Translations under genes and position numbers: made by a program
The notes under the pieces: generated by a model
The model's input: only the letters and a program-made list of their open reading frames with translations
Databases searched by the model: none
Told to the model about the DNA's origin: nothing
NCBI GenBank assembly: GCA_051955585.1
Contig: JBQCGM010000110.1
Location: 17,495-81,494 of the forward strand
Reading direction: 5' to 3'
DNA: 64,000 nt
Source of the DNA: Novosphingobium sp.
GTDB lineage: Bacteria > Pseudomonadota > Alphaproteobacteria > Sphingomonadales > Sphingomonadaceae
Shown: piece by piece, positions 26,775 to 36,392 of the stretch
Layout: each line of letters begins with the position of its first letter
How positions within the stretch are numbered: position 1 is the stretch's first letter

Positions 26775-27977
26775 TTATGCGTAGATCAGCAGCGGCCTCA
26801 CCCGCTCGGCCCAGGCCGCCTCGTCGGGCCCGGCAATCGCATCGAGATCGCCCGGCAAGGCGGACGCATCGTCGACCCATTCGCGCAGAGCCGGCCCGCC
26901 GTTGATCACGTCGATCGCCAGACGGGTCAGCTCGTATTCGTAGGGGAAGTCGCGCCACAACGGATAGTCGGGATAGAGCCGCCGGATCGCCTTGAAGGCG
27001 AGCGCTTGAAGCCGCCAGGGCCGGAAGGCGTGATGATCGTAGAACCGGCCCTCGGCATGGATCATCAGACCGTTGCAGAGCTGGCCGGCATGCTTGTGAA
27101 ACGTCGGTTCGAACCAGCATTCGCGCAGCGCGCAGCCAGCCAGCCAGTCGGGGGCGAAGCTGCGCATCTCCGCAAGCACGGCCTTGGCATCGATATCGGG
27201 CGCGCCGAACAGGACCTCGAGCGGGCGGGTGGTGCCCCGCCCCTCGCTCAGCGTCGCGCCTTCGAGCATGACCGTGCCGGCATAGGCGCGAGCCATGTTG
27301 AGGTTGGCGGCATTGGGGCTCGGGTTGATCCAGATCCGGCTCTCCGGCCATCCGAAGCCCGGGCCCTCGTTCGGCCGCCAGCCTTCCATTCCGATCACGC
27401 GGTAGTCGACGTTCAGGCCGAAATGCTCGACGAACCAGCGGCCCATCTCGCCCAGCGTGAGCCCGTGGCGCATCGGCATCGGCCCGGCGCCGACGAAGCT
27501 CTCCTGCCCCGGCAGCAAGGTCGTGCCCTCGATCGGTCGGCCCGCGGGATTCGGCCGGTCGAGCACCCAGACCGCCTTGCCCAGCGGCGCCGCGGCCTCC
27601 AGCAGGTAGAGGAGCGTGGTGACGAAGGTGTAGATCCGGCAGCCGAGATCCTGGAGGTCGAACAGGAAGATGTCGGCACTGTCCATCATCGCGGCGGTCG
27701 GCCGGCGCACCTCGCCGTAGAGGCTGAACACCGGGATGCCGTAGAACGGATCGATCTCGTCCGCGGTCTCGACCATGTTGTCCTGCTTGTCGCCCTTGAG
27801 GCCGTGCTGCGGCCCGAAGGCCGAAGTGACCTTCACCCCGGCCGCGATCAGCGCGTCGAGCGAATGGGTCAGGTCCGCGGTCAGCGAGGCGGGATGAGCC
27901 ACGAGCGCGACGCGCCTGCCTTCAAGCGGCTTGCGCAAACTGGGGTCCGCCAGCAGGCGGTCGATACCGAACTTCAT
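26775..27977 (-). CDS. DUF1343 family protein (NamZ-like exo-beta-N-acetylmuramidase)
   Basis: [31 protein letters not shown]...FGPQHGLKGD...GIPVFSLYG...FDLQDLGCRIYTF...VLDRPNP matches the DUF1343 signature. ATG 27977. Confidence 0.85.
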   Translation of the reverse strand: MKFGIDRLLADPSLRKPLEGRRVALVAHPASLTADLTHSLDALIAAGVKVTSAFGPQHGLKGDKQDNMVETADEIDPFYGIPVFSLYGEVRRPTAAMMDSADIFLFDLQDLGCRIYTFVTTLLYLLEAAAPLGKAVWVLDRPNPAGRPIEGTTLLPGQESFVGAGPMPMRHGLTLGEMGRWFVEHFGLNVDYRVIGMEGWRPNEGPGFGWPESRIWINPSPNAANLNMARAYAGTVMLEGATLSEGRGTTRPLEVLFGAPDIDAKAVLAEMRSFAPDWLAGCALRECWFEPTFHKHAGQLCNGLMIHAEGRFYDHHAFRPWRLQALAFKAIRRLYPDYPLWRDFPYEYELTRLAIDVINGGPALREWVDDASALPGDLDAIAGPDEAAWAERVRPLLIYA

Positions 27978-28552
27978 GCGCCGCTGGGTGCCGCAAGCTC
28001 TCCCGCGAAGCAAGCGGGGCTGTGGAAGTCGGGCTTTCCTTGGGGATGGGCGATGGCCCAGTAGGAGATCGTCCCGCCTTCTTCTTCGATCACCGCGGAA
28101 AGGCCATAGCGCCACGGCAGCGGCGGTAGGCCGGCGGCGGGCACGGCGGCATCGAAAATCGCCATGCTCTGCCCGACGCGGGCGGTGCAGGTCGGCTCGT
28201 GCGGAAAGGGCCGTTCGCTCATCCCTTCGCGGTAGGCGGCGAAGTCGTAGGCGGCCCAGCGCTCCGAGGGCGAGAGGTTCAGCTCGACGTAGCCAGCCTG
28301 GTCCGGGGCGTGGAGGAAGAACTCGAAGCAGGTCGTCTTCCACAACCCGTCCGCCCGCCCCTTGCCCGCAAAGGGGGGGATGACGACTCGCTCGGCCCCG
28401 TCGATCCGCCAGCGCAAGCGCAGCCAGTTGGCGTCCAGCGAGACGACGCGGGCTTCGACCTTGCGGACCGCGAGCGGAGGCGCATCGGGGTGAGGTTGCA
28501 AAGCGAAGGGCTGTCCTGCGACAAGCTCAGGACGGACGGGTTTTGGGGTCAT
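27974..28552 (-). CDS. DOMON/CBM9-like domain protein (tentative)
   Basis: 192 aa. ...[43 protein letters not shown].... Its stop overlaps the NamZ-like start (ATGA). Confidence 0.45.
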   Translation of the reverse strand: MTPKPVRPELVAGQPFALQPHPDAPPLAVRKVEARVVSLDANWLRLRWRIDGAERVVIPPFAGKGRADGLWKTTCFEFFLHAPDQAGYVELNLSPSERWAAYDFAAYREGMSERPFPHEPTCTARVGQSMAIFDAAVPAAGLPPLPWRYGLSAVIEEEGGTISYWAIAHPQGKPDFHSPACFAGELAAPSGA

Positions 28553-28627
28553 GGCCTTCCTCTACCGTCCGCCCCGAGCTTGTCGAAGGGCTGTTTTTCT
28601 CGCTTCGCCGTGCTAGGCGCGCGGCCT

Positions 28628-29857
28628 ATGTCGAACTACCGCTCAGACCTGCTCCGCCTGCTCGACGAGCGCGGCTATATCCACCAGCTCACCGACGCCG
28701 AGGGGCTCGACGCCCTGGCGGCGAAGCAGGTCGTGCCCGGCTATATCGGCTTCGATCCCACCGCGCCATCGCTCCACGTCGGCGGCCTGGTCCAAATCAT
28801 GCTGCTGCGCCGCCTTCAGCAGGCAGGACACAAGCCGATCGTCCTGATGGGCGGCGGCACCGGCAAGATCGGCGACCCTTCGTTCAAGGACGAGGCGCGC
28901 AAGTTGCTGACCACCGACCTGATCGCCGAAAACGTTGCGTCGATCCGCAAGGTCTTCGCTCGCTTCCTCAAGTTCGGCGACGGGCCAACCGACGCGGTCA
29001 TGCTCGACAACGCGGATTGGCTCGACCGGCTCGAATACATTCCATTCCTCCGCGAGGTCGGCCAACACTTCTCGGTCAACCGCATGCTCAGCTTCGATTC
29101 CGTGAAGCAACGGCTCGACCGCGAGCAATCGCTGTCGTTCCTCGAATTCAACTACATGATCCTCCAGGCCTACGATTTCCGCGAGCTGGCGCTGCGCAGC
29201 GGCTGCCGTCTGCAGATGGGCGGCTCCGATCAGTGGGGCAACATCGTCAATGGTATCGAACTGGCGCGTCGGATGGACGGCATCGAGGTCTATGGCGTTA
29301 CTACGCCGCTCCTCACCACCGCCGACGGCAGCAAGATGGGCAAGACCGTTGCCGGTGCCGTTTGGCTCAACGAGGACATGCTGCCCGCGTACGATTTCTG
29401 GCAGTATTGGCGGAATTGCGACGACCGCGATGTCGGCAAGTTCCTTCGCCTGTTCACCGATCTCCCCCTGCCCGAGATCGCGCGCCTCGAAGCGCTACAA
29501 GGCAGCGAGATCAACGCGGCGAAGATCGTTCTCGCCAACGAGGTCACCAAGCTATGCCGCGGCGAAGACGCCGCGCGCGCCGCCGAGGCGACCGCCGCCG
29601 CGACTTTTGCGGACGGAGGACTCGGCAAGGATTTGCCGGTGTTCACCCTTCCGGCCGAAGGGATCGGCATCGTCGATGCGCTGGTCGGTATCGGATTCGC
29701 GACCAGTCGTGGGGAGGCCAAGCGTCTGGTCGCCGGCGGCGGAGCCCGCGTGGAAGGCGAGGTTATCGCCGATGAGACCCATCACGTGGCGAACAATGGC
29801 GGCGAACTGCGGATTTCGGCGGGCAAGAAGAAACACGGCATCCTGCGCCCGGCATAA
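28628..29857 (+). CDS. tyrS: tyrosine--tRNA ligase
   Basis: HIGH-type motif [13 protein letters not shown]-type SKMGKT, and a C-terminal S4-like domain. ATG 28628. Confidence 0.92.
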   Translation: MSNYRSDLLRLLDERGYIHQLTDAEGLDALAAKQVVPGYIGFDPTAPSLHVGGLVQIMLLRRLQQAGHKPIVLMGGGTGKIGDPSFKDEARKLLTTDLIAENVASIRKVFARFLKFGDGPTDAVMLDNADWLDRLEYIPFLREVGQHFSVNRMLSFDSVKQRLDREQSLSFLEFNYMILQAYDFRELALRSGCRLQMGGSDQWGNIVNGIELARRMDGIEVYGVTTPLLTTADGSKMGKTVAGAVWLNEDMLPAYDFWQYWRNCDDRDVGKFLRLFTDLPLPEIARLEALQGSEINAAKIVLANEVTKLCRGEDAARAAEATAAATFADGGLGKDLPVFTLPAEGIGIVDALVGIGFATSRGEAKRLVAGGGARVEGEVIADETHHVANNGGELRISAGKKKHGILRPA

Positions 29858-29861
29858 GTAG

Positions 29862-29891
29862 CGGCAGGAATCTGCCGGTTTACCGTTTTTT
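29862..29891 (+). terminator. probable intrinsic terminator of tyrS
   Basis: CGGCAG-gaat-CTGCCG hairpin 5 nt after the stop, followed within 8 nt by TTTTTT (29886-29891). Confidence 0.5.
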
Positions 29892-29945
29892 CGCCATTCC
29901 CCGTCAAAAGGGACCTCCCGGATCAACGCTAGGAGGTGGGAAGAA

Positions 29946-30284
29946 ATGGTCGCTGGAGCACAACTGTCGGTTACAGATCTGCGCCGCGCGGCTCGTCACC
30001 CCGTCGACTTCCCAGTCATCGGTGAGCACCGCCAGCTGGGCGACGTTCACCTGCATATCGTGAATATCTCCGCTCAGGGCTTCATGAGCAAAGGCGCCTC
30101 GAACATGAGCCGCGGCGAACGCGTGACCATTCGCCTGCCCCACATCGGTCGGATCGAATCGCATATGATCTGGAGCACGGACGACCGGGCCGGCTTCCAG
30201 TTCGAGCGGATCCTGCGCCTCGACGATTTCATGACGCTGATCGACCAGCTCCAGCCGAACCCGCGCCTGCGCCGCCCTCGCTAA
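29946..30284 (+). CDS. stand-alone PilZ domain protein (c-di-GMP receptor type)
   Basis: RRAAR (RxxxR) followed by NISAQG (D/NxSxxG). 112 aa. Confidence 0.75.
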   Translation: MVAGAQLSVTDLRRAARHPVDFPVIGEHRQLGDVHLHIVNISAQGFMSKGASNMSRGERVTIRLPHIGRIESHMIWSTDDRAGFQFERILRLDDFMTLIDQLQPNPRLRRPR

Positions 30285-30357
30285 GACCACCGGGCGCATA
30301 GCGCGCCTTTACTCGGGATAACAATCGGTTCGCTTGGCAAAGCCGCGGGCGGGTGCC

Positions 30358-31629
30358 ATGCGGTCGGCCGTGAGCGAACCGACCTCCCCCCTCCATATCC
30401 CCGACTACCGGTTATTCTGGGCCTCGCGCTTTTGTTCGGTTCTGGCGACGACCGGGATGGTCGTCATCATCGGCTACCAGCTCTACGACGTTGCGCGCAG
30501 CGACTACGGAATGAGTATCACCCAGGCGGCCTTTCAGCTTGGCGTGCTCGGCCTCGTCCAGTTCTTGCCCCTGTTCTTTCTGACTCCGGTCGCGGGAGTG
30601 GTAGCCGACCGATTGGACCGCCGGTTCATCGGCGCCACCGCCGCGGGCATCGACCTATTCATCGCCCTTTCTCTGGCGATCGCCACCTACAGCGGTATGG
30701 TGAGCCTGCCCCTGCTCTACCTGCTCGCCGCCCTGCACGGCACGGCGCGCGTATTCATCAGCCCTGCCCTCAGCTCGATCGTTCCCAACATCGTTCCCTC
30801 CGATCTGCTCCCCCGGGCGATCGCGATGAATTCGATCGCCTGGCAGATCGGCTCGGTGGCCGGCCCGGCGGTGGCAGGACTTCTTTTCGCCCTCCATCCC
30901 AGCTCGCCCTACTGGACAGCGGCGGCTCTCCTGCTGATCTCGGTGTTCGGTCTGCTGTCGATCCGCAGGCTGCCACTGCATGAGGAGAACCGCGAGGAGC
31001 ATCCCGTCCGGCAGATCGTTGACGGGTTCAAATACGTCTGGAACGAGCGCTTCCTGCTTGGCTGCGTCACGCTCGATCTGTTCGCCGTGCTGATGGGCGG
31101 GGCGACCGCCTTACTCCCCGTCTTCGCCCGCGACGTTCTCCATGTCGGCTCGGCAGGCCTTGGGATCATGCGCGGCGCGCCGGCAGTGGGCGCCGCGCTG
31201 GTCGCGGTCTTCCTGTCCTGGCGACCGATGGCCCGAAATGTCGGCAACAAGATGCTGCTTGGGGTTGCCGTCTACGGAGCCGCGACGATCGGCTTCGGTC
31301 TTTCACGCCATCTTATCCTGTCGCTGGCGATGCTGGCGTTGCTGGGCGCGGCGGACATGGTTTCGGTCTACGTCCGCTCCAGCCTGGTCCAGCTCAACAC
31401 GCCGGATCACGTGCGTGGCCGGGTCTCCGCGATCTCGGGCCTGGCGATTTCCGCGTCGAACGAATTGGGCGAGATGCAGTCCGGCGTTGCCGCCGCCTTG
31501 CTCGGCGCCACAGGAGCGGTTGTGTTCGGCGGTGTCGGTGCGATAGTAGTCACCGGGCTGTGGGCCGTCCTGTTTCCCGAGCTCCGCAACGCAAGGACGT
31601 TCGCGCCCCAGTATCGCCAGACAAATTAG
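30358..31629 (+). CDS. MFS transporter (EntS/MFS_3-like)
   Basis: 12-TM pattern. ...YRLFWASRFCSVLATTGMVVIIGYQLYD.... An in-frame TTG at 30334 is an alternative start. Confidence 0.8.
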   Translation: MRSAVSEPTSPLHIPDYRLFWASRFCSVLATTGMVVIIGYQLYDVARSDYGMSITQAAFQLGVLGLVQFLPLFFLTPVAGVVADRLDRRFIGATAAGIDLFIALSLAIATYSGMVSLPLLYLLAALHGTARVFISPALSSIVPNIVPSDLLPRAIAMNSIAWQIGSVAGPAVAGLLFALHPSSPYWTAAALLLISVFGLLSIRRLPLHEENREEHPVRQIVDGFKYVWNERFLLGCVTLDLFAVLMGGATALLPVFARDVLHVGSAGLGIMRGAPAVGAALVAVFLSWRPMARNVGNKMLLGVAVYGAATIGFGLSRHLILSLAMLALLGAADMVSVYVRSSLVQLNTPDHVRGRVSAISGLAISASNELGEMQSGVAAALLGATGAVVFGGVGAIVVTGLWAVLFPELRNARTFAPQYRQTN

Positions 31630-31673
31630 TATAGACAGCAAACCGAACAACTTCCCCCCAAGGAGCAAGCGAC

Positions 31674-32591
31674 ATGAAAGCGGATTCCATTCTCGCCACT
31701 ATCGGCAACACGCCGCATGTTCGCCTGTCCCGCCTGTTTCCCGACCACGAGGTATGGGTGAAGTGCGAGCGCGCCAATCCAGGCGGCTCGATCAAGGACA
31801 GGATCGGCCTCGCGATGGTCGAAGCGGCCGAACAAAGCGGTGCACTGAAGCCCGGCGGCACCATCGTCGAACCAACCTCGGGCAACACCGGCATCGGCCT
31901 CGCGATGGTCGCGGCGGTCAAGGGCTACAAACTCGTGCTCGTGATGCCCGAATCGATGTCGCTGGAACGCCGCCGGCTTATGCTCGCCTATGGCGCGACC
32001 TTCGATCTCACCCCGCGTGAAAAAGGCATGAAGGGAGCGATCGAGCGCGCCAAGGAGATCGCCGAGACCACGCCCGGCGCCTGGATCCCGCAGCAGTTCG
32101 ACAATCCCGCCAACGTCGATGCGCACATCCGCACCACCGCGCAGGAAATCCTGGCCGACTTTGCCGATGCGCCGTTCGACGCCCTGATCACCGGCGTCGG
32201 CACCGGCGGCCACCTGACCGGTTGTGCCGAAGTGCTCAAGAAGGCCTGGCCGGGCCTGAAGGCCTGGGCGGTCGAGCCGACGCTGTCGCCGGTCATCTCG
32301 GGCGGCCAGCCCGGTCCGCACCCCATCCAGGGCATCGGGGCGGGCTTCGTGCCCGCGAACCTGCACACCCAGGCGATCGACGGCGCGATCCAGGTCGATC
32401 CGGCCGACGCCAAGGAATGGGCCCGTCGCTCGGCGCGCGAGGAAGGCCTGCTGGTCGGCATCAGCTCGGGCGCGACGCTGGCCGCGATCGCGCAGAAACT
32501 GCCGGAACTGGGCGCAGGCGCCAAGGTGCTCGGCTTCAACTACGACACCGGCGAGCGCTATCTCTCCGTGCCCGACTTCCTGCCGGAATGA
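31674..32591 (+). CDS. cysK: cysteine synthase A (O-acetylserine sulfhydrylase)
   Basis: 305 aa. ...[19 protein letters not shown]... (PLP lysine) and ...[10 protein letters not shown].... Confidence 0.9.
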   Translation: MKADSILATIGNTPHVRLSRLFPDHEVWVKCERANPGGSIKDRIGLAMVEAAEQSGALKPGGTIVEPTSGNTGIGLAMVAAVKGYKLVLVMPESMSLERRRLMLAYGATFDLTPREKGMKGAIERAKEIAETTPGAWIPQQFDNPANVDAHIRTTAQEILADFADAPFDALITGVGTGGHLTGCAEVLKKAWPGLKAWAVEPTLSPVISGGQPGPHPIQGIGAGFVPANLHTQAIDGAIQVDPADAKEWARRSAREEGLLVGISSGATLAAIAQKLPELGAGAKVLGFNYDTGERYLSVPDFLPE

Positions 32592-33301
32592 GGGGGCTCG
32601 AAGAGCTCGCCTACCACGACGGAGACCTTGCGCTCACCGGGCTCCTCGCCCGGCCTGAGGGCAAGGCCCGCGCGGCAGTGGTGATCTTTCCGACGATCGC
32701 CAACGTCACCCCGGCAATCGAGCGCCGCGCGGCAATGCTGGCCGAAGCCGGCTTCGTCGCGCTGATCGCGGACTTCTACGGCGAACCCGTCGAAAGCTTC
32801 GCAGCCTCGCAGCCGCTGGCCGCAAAGCTGCGGGCGGACGTCGGCGTCTACCGTATCCGGCTGCTGGCGGCGGTGGAGGCCCTGCGCGCCCTTCCTGTCG
32901 CTGCCGGCCTGCCCCTGGCGGCAATCGGCTATTGCATGGGCGGACAGGCGGCGCTCGAAGTCGCTCGGTCGGGCGCCGCGCTCGTCCTCGCGGCCAGCTT
33001 CCACGGCCTGCTTGGAACCGCTCGTCCGGCGGACGGCCCGATCGCAGCCCGCCTGCTGGTCTGTCACGGAGATGCCGATCCGATGGTCCCGCGCGACGAT
33101 GTCCTGCGCTTCTGGCGGGAAATGGACGCGGTCGGCGCCCGTTGGCACTTCCACGCCTATAGCGGTGTCAAGCACGGATTCACCGATCCGGGGAGCGACG
33201 CTCGGGGTCTTCCGGCGATCGGTTACGACGCCAGCGCAGACCGGCAATCGTGGGCCGCCTTGATGGGCCTGTTCGACGAGGTCCTCGGCGCCGCATCATA
33301 A
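32588..33301 (+). CDS. dienelactone hydrolase family protein
   Basis: 237 aa alpha/beta hydrolase. ...[12 protein letters not shown]... nucleophile region and ...[10 protein letters not shown].... ATGA overlap with cysK. Confidence 0.7.
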   Translation: MRGLEELAYHDGDLALTGLLARPEGKARAAVVIFPTIANVTPAIERRAAMLAEAGFVALIADFYGEPVESFAASQPLAAKLRADVGVYRIRLLAAVEALRALPVAAGLPLAAIGYCMGGQAALEVARSGAALVLAASFHGLLGTARPADGPIAARLLVCHGDADPMVPRDDVLRFWREMDAVGARWHFHAYSGVKHGFTDPGSDARGLPAIGYDASADRQSWAALMGLFDEVLGAAS

Positions 33302-33447
33302 TGTGGATTAGGCTATCGACGACTCGTGCGGAACGGCCAGTATCGAACATGGCCGCCAGGGTGACACCCTCGGCACCGGGCCCTGGCCGGCTTGGAAGCG
33401 CATAAAGCGTCCGCTGCCGCTGCCATCCCACCAATCCGGCCGAGCGG

Positions 33448-35250
33448 TCAGGCCGCTACGAAGGCCTCGGCCGGCAGCGCCATTAGAGCTTCGGCTCCGC
33501 CCTCGATCTTGCGGCGCAGCGCGCCGGCATCCGGAATGAAGCGCTCGGCGAAGTAGCGCGCGGTCACCAGCTTGGCCTCGTAGAAGGTCTTGTCTCCCGC
33601 TCCGGCAGCCAAAGCCTCGCTGGCGACCTTGGCCATGCGCAGCCACATCAGACCGAGCGCGACGATGCCCGCGATATGCATATAGGAATGCGCTCCGGCC
33701 CCGGCGTTGTCCGGATTGGTCATGGCGTTCTGCATGAACCACACCGTCGCGGCCTTCATCTCGGCATTGGCCTTCTCAAGCCGCCCGGCGATCTCGGCCA
33801 ACGCTTCGTCACCCTTGGCGGCCGCGGCTTCGTCATCGACCAGCTTGAAGAAGGCTTGGACCGCGCGGCCCATGTTGGCGGCCAGCTTGCGTCCGACCAG
33901 GTCCATCGCCTGGACACCGTTGGCGCCCTCGTAGATCATCGCGATCCGCGCATCGCGGACGAATTGCTCCATGCCGTTCTCGACGATATAGCCGTGGCCG
34001 CCCCAGATCTGCTGCATGTTGACGGCGGTCTCGAAGCCCTTGTCGGTGCCGTAGCCCTTGATCACCGGGGTAAGCAGGCCAAGCAGGTCGTCGGCCGCCT
34101 GGCGCTCCTCCTCGCTTTCGGCCTGGTGGGCCAGGTCGACCAGCAGGCCTCCCCACAGTGCCAGGGCGCGCATGCCCTCTGTAAAGGCCTTCGCGTCCAT
34201 CAGCATGCGACGCACGTCGGGGTGTACGATCAGCGGATCGGCCTTCTCCTGGGGCTCCGCGGGGCCGGTCAGCGCCCGGCCTTGGCGGCGTTCGAGCGCA
34301 TAGGCCGCGCCGTTCTGATAGGCCGCGTCGGCCTGGGCAAGCCCCTGGATGCCGACCCCGAGGCGAGCCGCGTTCATCATGATGAACATCGCGGCGAGGC
34401 CCTTGTTCTCTTCACCGACCAGCCACCCAGCGGCACCGTCATAGTTCATCACGCAGGTCGCGTTGCCGTGGATGCCCATCTTATGCTCGATCGAGCCGCA
34501 CGACAGGGCGTTGCGGTCTCCCGGCGATCCGTCTTCGTTCATGAGAACCTTGGGCACCACGAAGAGCGAGATGCCCTTGCTCGAATCCGGTGCGTCGGGG
34601 GTCTTGGCCAGTACCAGGTGGATGATGTTCTCGGAAAGATCGTGTTCACCGGCCGAAATGAAGATCTTGGTTCCGGTGATGGCGAATGATCCATCTGCCC
34701 GAGGAACTGCCCGTGTGCGGATGAGGCCAAGGTCGGTACCGGCGTGCGGCTCGGTCAGGTTCATCGTCCCCAGCCACTCACCCGAGACCATCTTGGGAAC
34801 ATAGCGTGTCTTGAGTTCCGGCGATGCCTTGGCAAGGAGTGCCGAGATCGCACCGTTGGTGAGGCCCGGATACATCGCAAAGGCCTGGTTGGAGGCGGAC
34901 ATGAACTCCTCCAGCGCGAAGCCCAGGACATGCGGCATGGCCTGGCCGCCGAACTCCTCGGGCGCCGTCAGCGTCCCCCAGCCGGCCTCGCGGAACTGGT
35001 CGAAACCCGCCTTGAAGCCGGCAGGCGTAGTGACCGAGCCATCGGGATGACGGGTGCAACCTTCCCGGTCGCCCGAGGCATTGAGCGGGGCGAGGACCTC
35101 CGAGGCGAAGCGGCCTGATTCGTCGATCACGGCCTCGACGATGTCCGGCGTAGCCGCCGCGAAACCGGGCAGGTTGCCGTAGGTATCGAGCCGCAGCACC
35201 TCGTTGATAATGAACTTGGTGTCGCGCGTCGGCGCCTTGTAGCTGGGCAT
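33448..35250 (-). CDS. long-form acyl-CoA dehydrogenase (~600 aa)
   Basis: MPSYKAPTRDTKFIINEVL... N-terminus, ACAD middle and C-terminal domains (...GSIEHKMGIHGNATCVM..., ...QIWGGHGYI...) and an extra C-terminal helical domain. Confidence 0.85.
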   Translation of the reverse strand: MPSYKAPTRDTKFIINEVLRLDTYGNLPGFAAATPDIVEAVIDESGRFASEVLAPLNASGDREGCTRHPDGSVTTPAGFKAGFDQFREAGWGTLTAPEEFGGQAMPHVLGFALEEFMSASNQAFAMYPGLTNGAISALLAKASPELKTRYVPKMVSGEWLGTMNLTEPHAGTDLGLIRTRAVPRADGSFAITGTKIFISAGEHDLSENIIHLVLAKTPDAPDSSKGISLFVVPKVLMNEDGSPGDRNALSCGSIEHKMGIHGNATCVMNYDGAAGWLVGEENKGLAAMFIMMNAARLGVGIQGLAQADAAYQNGAAYALERRQGRALTGPAEPQEKADPLIVHPDVRRMLMDAKAFTEGMRALALWGGLLVDLAHQAESEEERQAADDLLGLLTPVIKGYGTDKGFETAVNMQQIWGGHGYIVENGMEQFVRDARIAMIYEGANGVQAMDLVGRKLAANMGRAVQAFFKLVDDEAAAAKGDEALAEIAGRLEKANAEMKAATVWFMQNAMTNPDNAGAGAHSYMHIAGIVALGLMWLRMAKVASEALAAGAGDKTFYEAKLVTARYFAERFIPDAGALRRKIEGGAEALMALPAEAFVAA

Positions 35251-35270
35251 CGGCAGTCTCCTCTCGCGGC

Positions 35271-35705
35271 TCAGCCACCCTTGGGGGACGGCAGTTCCGT
35301 GGCTTCCAAATTGGCGATGAACGCGGTCAGTTCCTCGATCGAGGCATCGATATCGGCGCGGTGGCGCTGGAGTTTCTCGACCTTGGCGCGGCACCGCTCG
35401 ATCGTCACGCGCCGCTGCTCGACGCGGCCGTCACCGATATCGTAGAGGTCGATGAGTTCTCGGATCTCGGCGAGGCTGAAGCCGACGTTCCGTCCGCGCA
35501 GGATCCAAGCGAGGCGAGCCCGGTCGCGCCGACCGTAGATGCGAGACGTTCCCTGCCGAACCGGCGCCAGCAGGCCCTCGTCCTCGTAGAAGCGCAGAGC
35601 GCGAGCGGTGATGCCGAATTCGGCGGTCAGTTCGGAGATCGACCAAGTCCGTTCGGGATCGTCGGATAGAGGCGCAGCCGCAAGAGCCATGCCTGCAAGA
35701 TGCAT
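35271..35705 (-). CDS. MerR family transcriptional regulator
   Basis: HTH ISELTAEFGITARALRFYEDEGLLAP and a coiled-coil dimerisation helix. Immediately upstream of the ACAD gene. Confidence 0.85.
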   Translation of the reverse strand: MHLAGMALAAAPLSDDPERTWSISELTAEFGITARALRFYEDEGLLAPVRQGTSRIYGRRDRARLAWILRGRNVGFSLAEIRELIDLYDIGDGRVEQRRVTIERCRAKVEKLQRHRADIDASIEELTAFIANLEATELPSPKGG

Positions 35706-35721
35706 TCCCTTTACGTAAACG

Positions 35722-36096
35722 TCAAGTATCGGCGCGGACCAGTTCGTCGCCGTCGAGGCGCCGGTAGAAGCAGGCCGCCGCGCCCGTGTGGCAGGCCGGC
35801 CCTTGCGGCGAGACCTTGAGCACGAGACAATCCTGGTCGCAATCGACCAGGATTGTCTCGACCCGCAGCACGTGACCCGAGGTCTCGCCTTTCATCCACA
35901 GCCGCCCGCGCGACCGCGAATGGAAATGAGCGAGCCCGGTCTCCCGCGTCTTCGCCAAGGCTTCGGCGTCCATGAAGGCGACCATCAGGACATCCTTGCT
36001 CGCCGAATCGACAGCGACGGCCGCAAGCAGGCCCTTGTCATCGAACTTCGGCAGGAAAGCCTTGCCCTGTTCGCGGGCGAGATCGGCGGCGGACAT
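35722..36096 (-). CDS. hisI: phosphoribosyl-AMP cyclohydrolase (monofunctional)
   Basis: 124 aa. ...FHSRSRGRLWMKGETSGHVLRVETILVDCDQDCLVLKVSPQGPACHTG.... Confidence 0.9.
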   Translation of the reverse strand: MSAADLAREQGKAFLPKFDDKGLLAAVAVDSASKDVLMVAFMDAEALAKTRETGLAHFHSRSRGRLWMKGETSGHVLRVETILVDCDQDCLVLKVSPQGPACHTGAAACFYRRLDGDELVRADT

Positions 36097-36198
36097 GGTA
36101 AATCCTCGTGAATTGAGCCCAATATGGATACTTGTTGCACGATAACCACAGATGGCGGCCAAAATCCACGCGCCCGAGCGATCATGCTTTCCTGTCAG

Positions 36199-36387
36199 GC
36201 AGTTCAATGAGAAAACCGGTTCACGGTTTGAGGGAACCGTAACCGCAACCTGCGGCGCATCAGCGCCAAGGTTCAGGGACGATGAGGAATCAGGTGAGGT
36301 GACGTCGGGGGGCGTCGCCGGTTCGCGAAAGCGGCACCTTAGAGTTTCGTCACGAGGACGCCCGGGGTTTCCGCCCCGGGCGTTTTC
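36199..36387 (+). ncRNA. candidate structured small RNA / attenuator-like element, class unknown (5' end uncertain)
   Basis: Consecutive hairpins at 36213-36240, 36247-36273, 36298-36319 and 36320-36338 (the last with a GAAA tetraloop). It ends in a + oriented terminator. No credible ORF. Confidence 0.3.
36358..36387 (+). terminator. intrinsic terminator oriented on the + strand
   Basis: ACGCCCGGGG-tttccg-CCCCGGGCGT (10-bp stem) followed by TTTC. On the - strand the hairpin is followed by CCTCGTG, with no U-tract. Confidence 0.55.
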
Positions 36388-36392
36388 GCTTC

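Noticed and set aside
36124-36210. 28-codon ORF MDTCCTITTDGGQNPRARAIMLSCQAVQ (+) in the hisI/comF gap, considered as a possible Cys-rich peptide gene.
   Set aside because: It has no Shine-Dalgarno sequence. Its third codon positions are mostly A/T, opposite to every credible gene here, and nearby biosynthetic genes are absent.
36270-36300. Partial resemblance of GGTTCAGGGACGATGAGGAATCAGG to the SRP RNA domain IV motif (GGUCAGGUCCGGAAGGAAGCAGCC).
   Set aside because: The GGAA tetraloop and the symmetric-loop nucleotides are not present, and the flanking helix does not fit. tmRNA tag, RNase P and 6S features were also not found.
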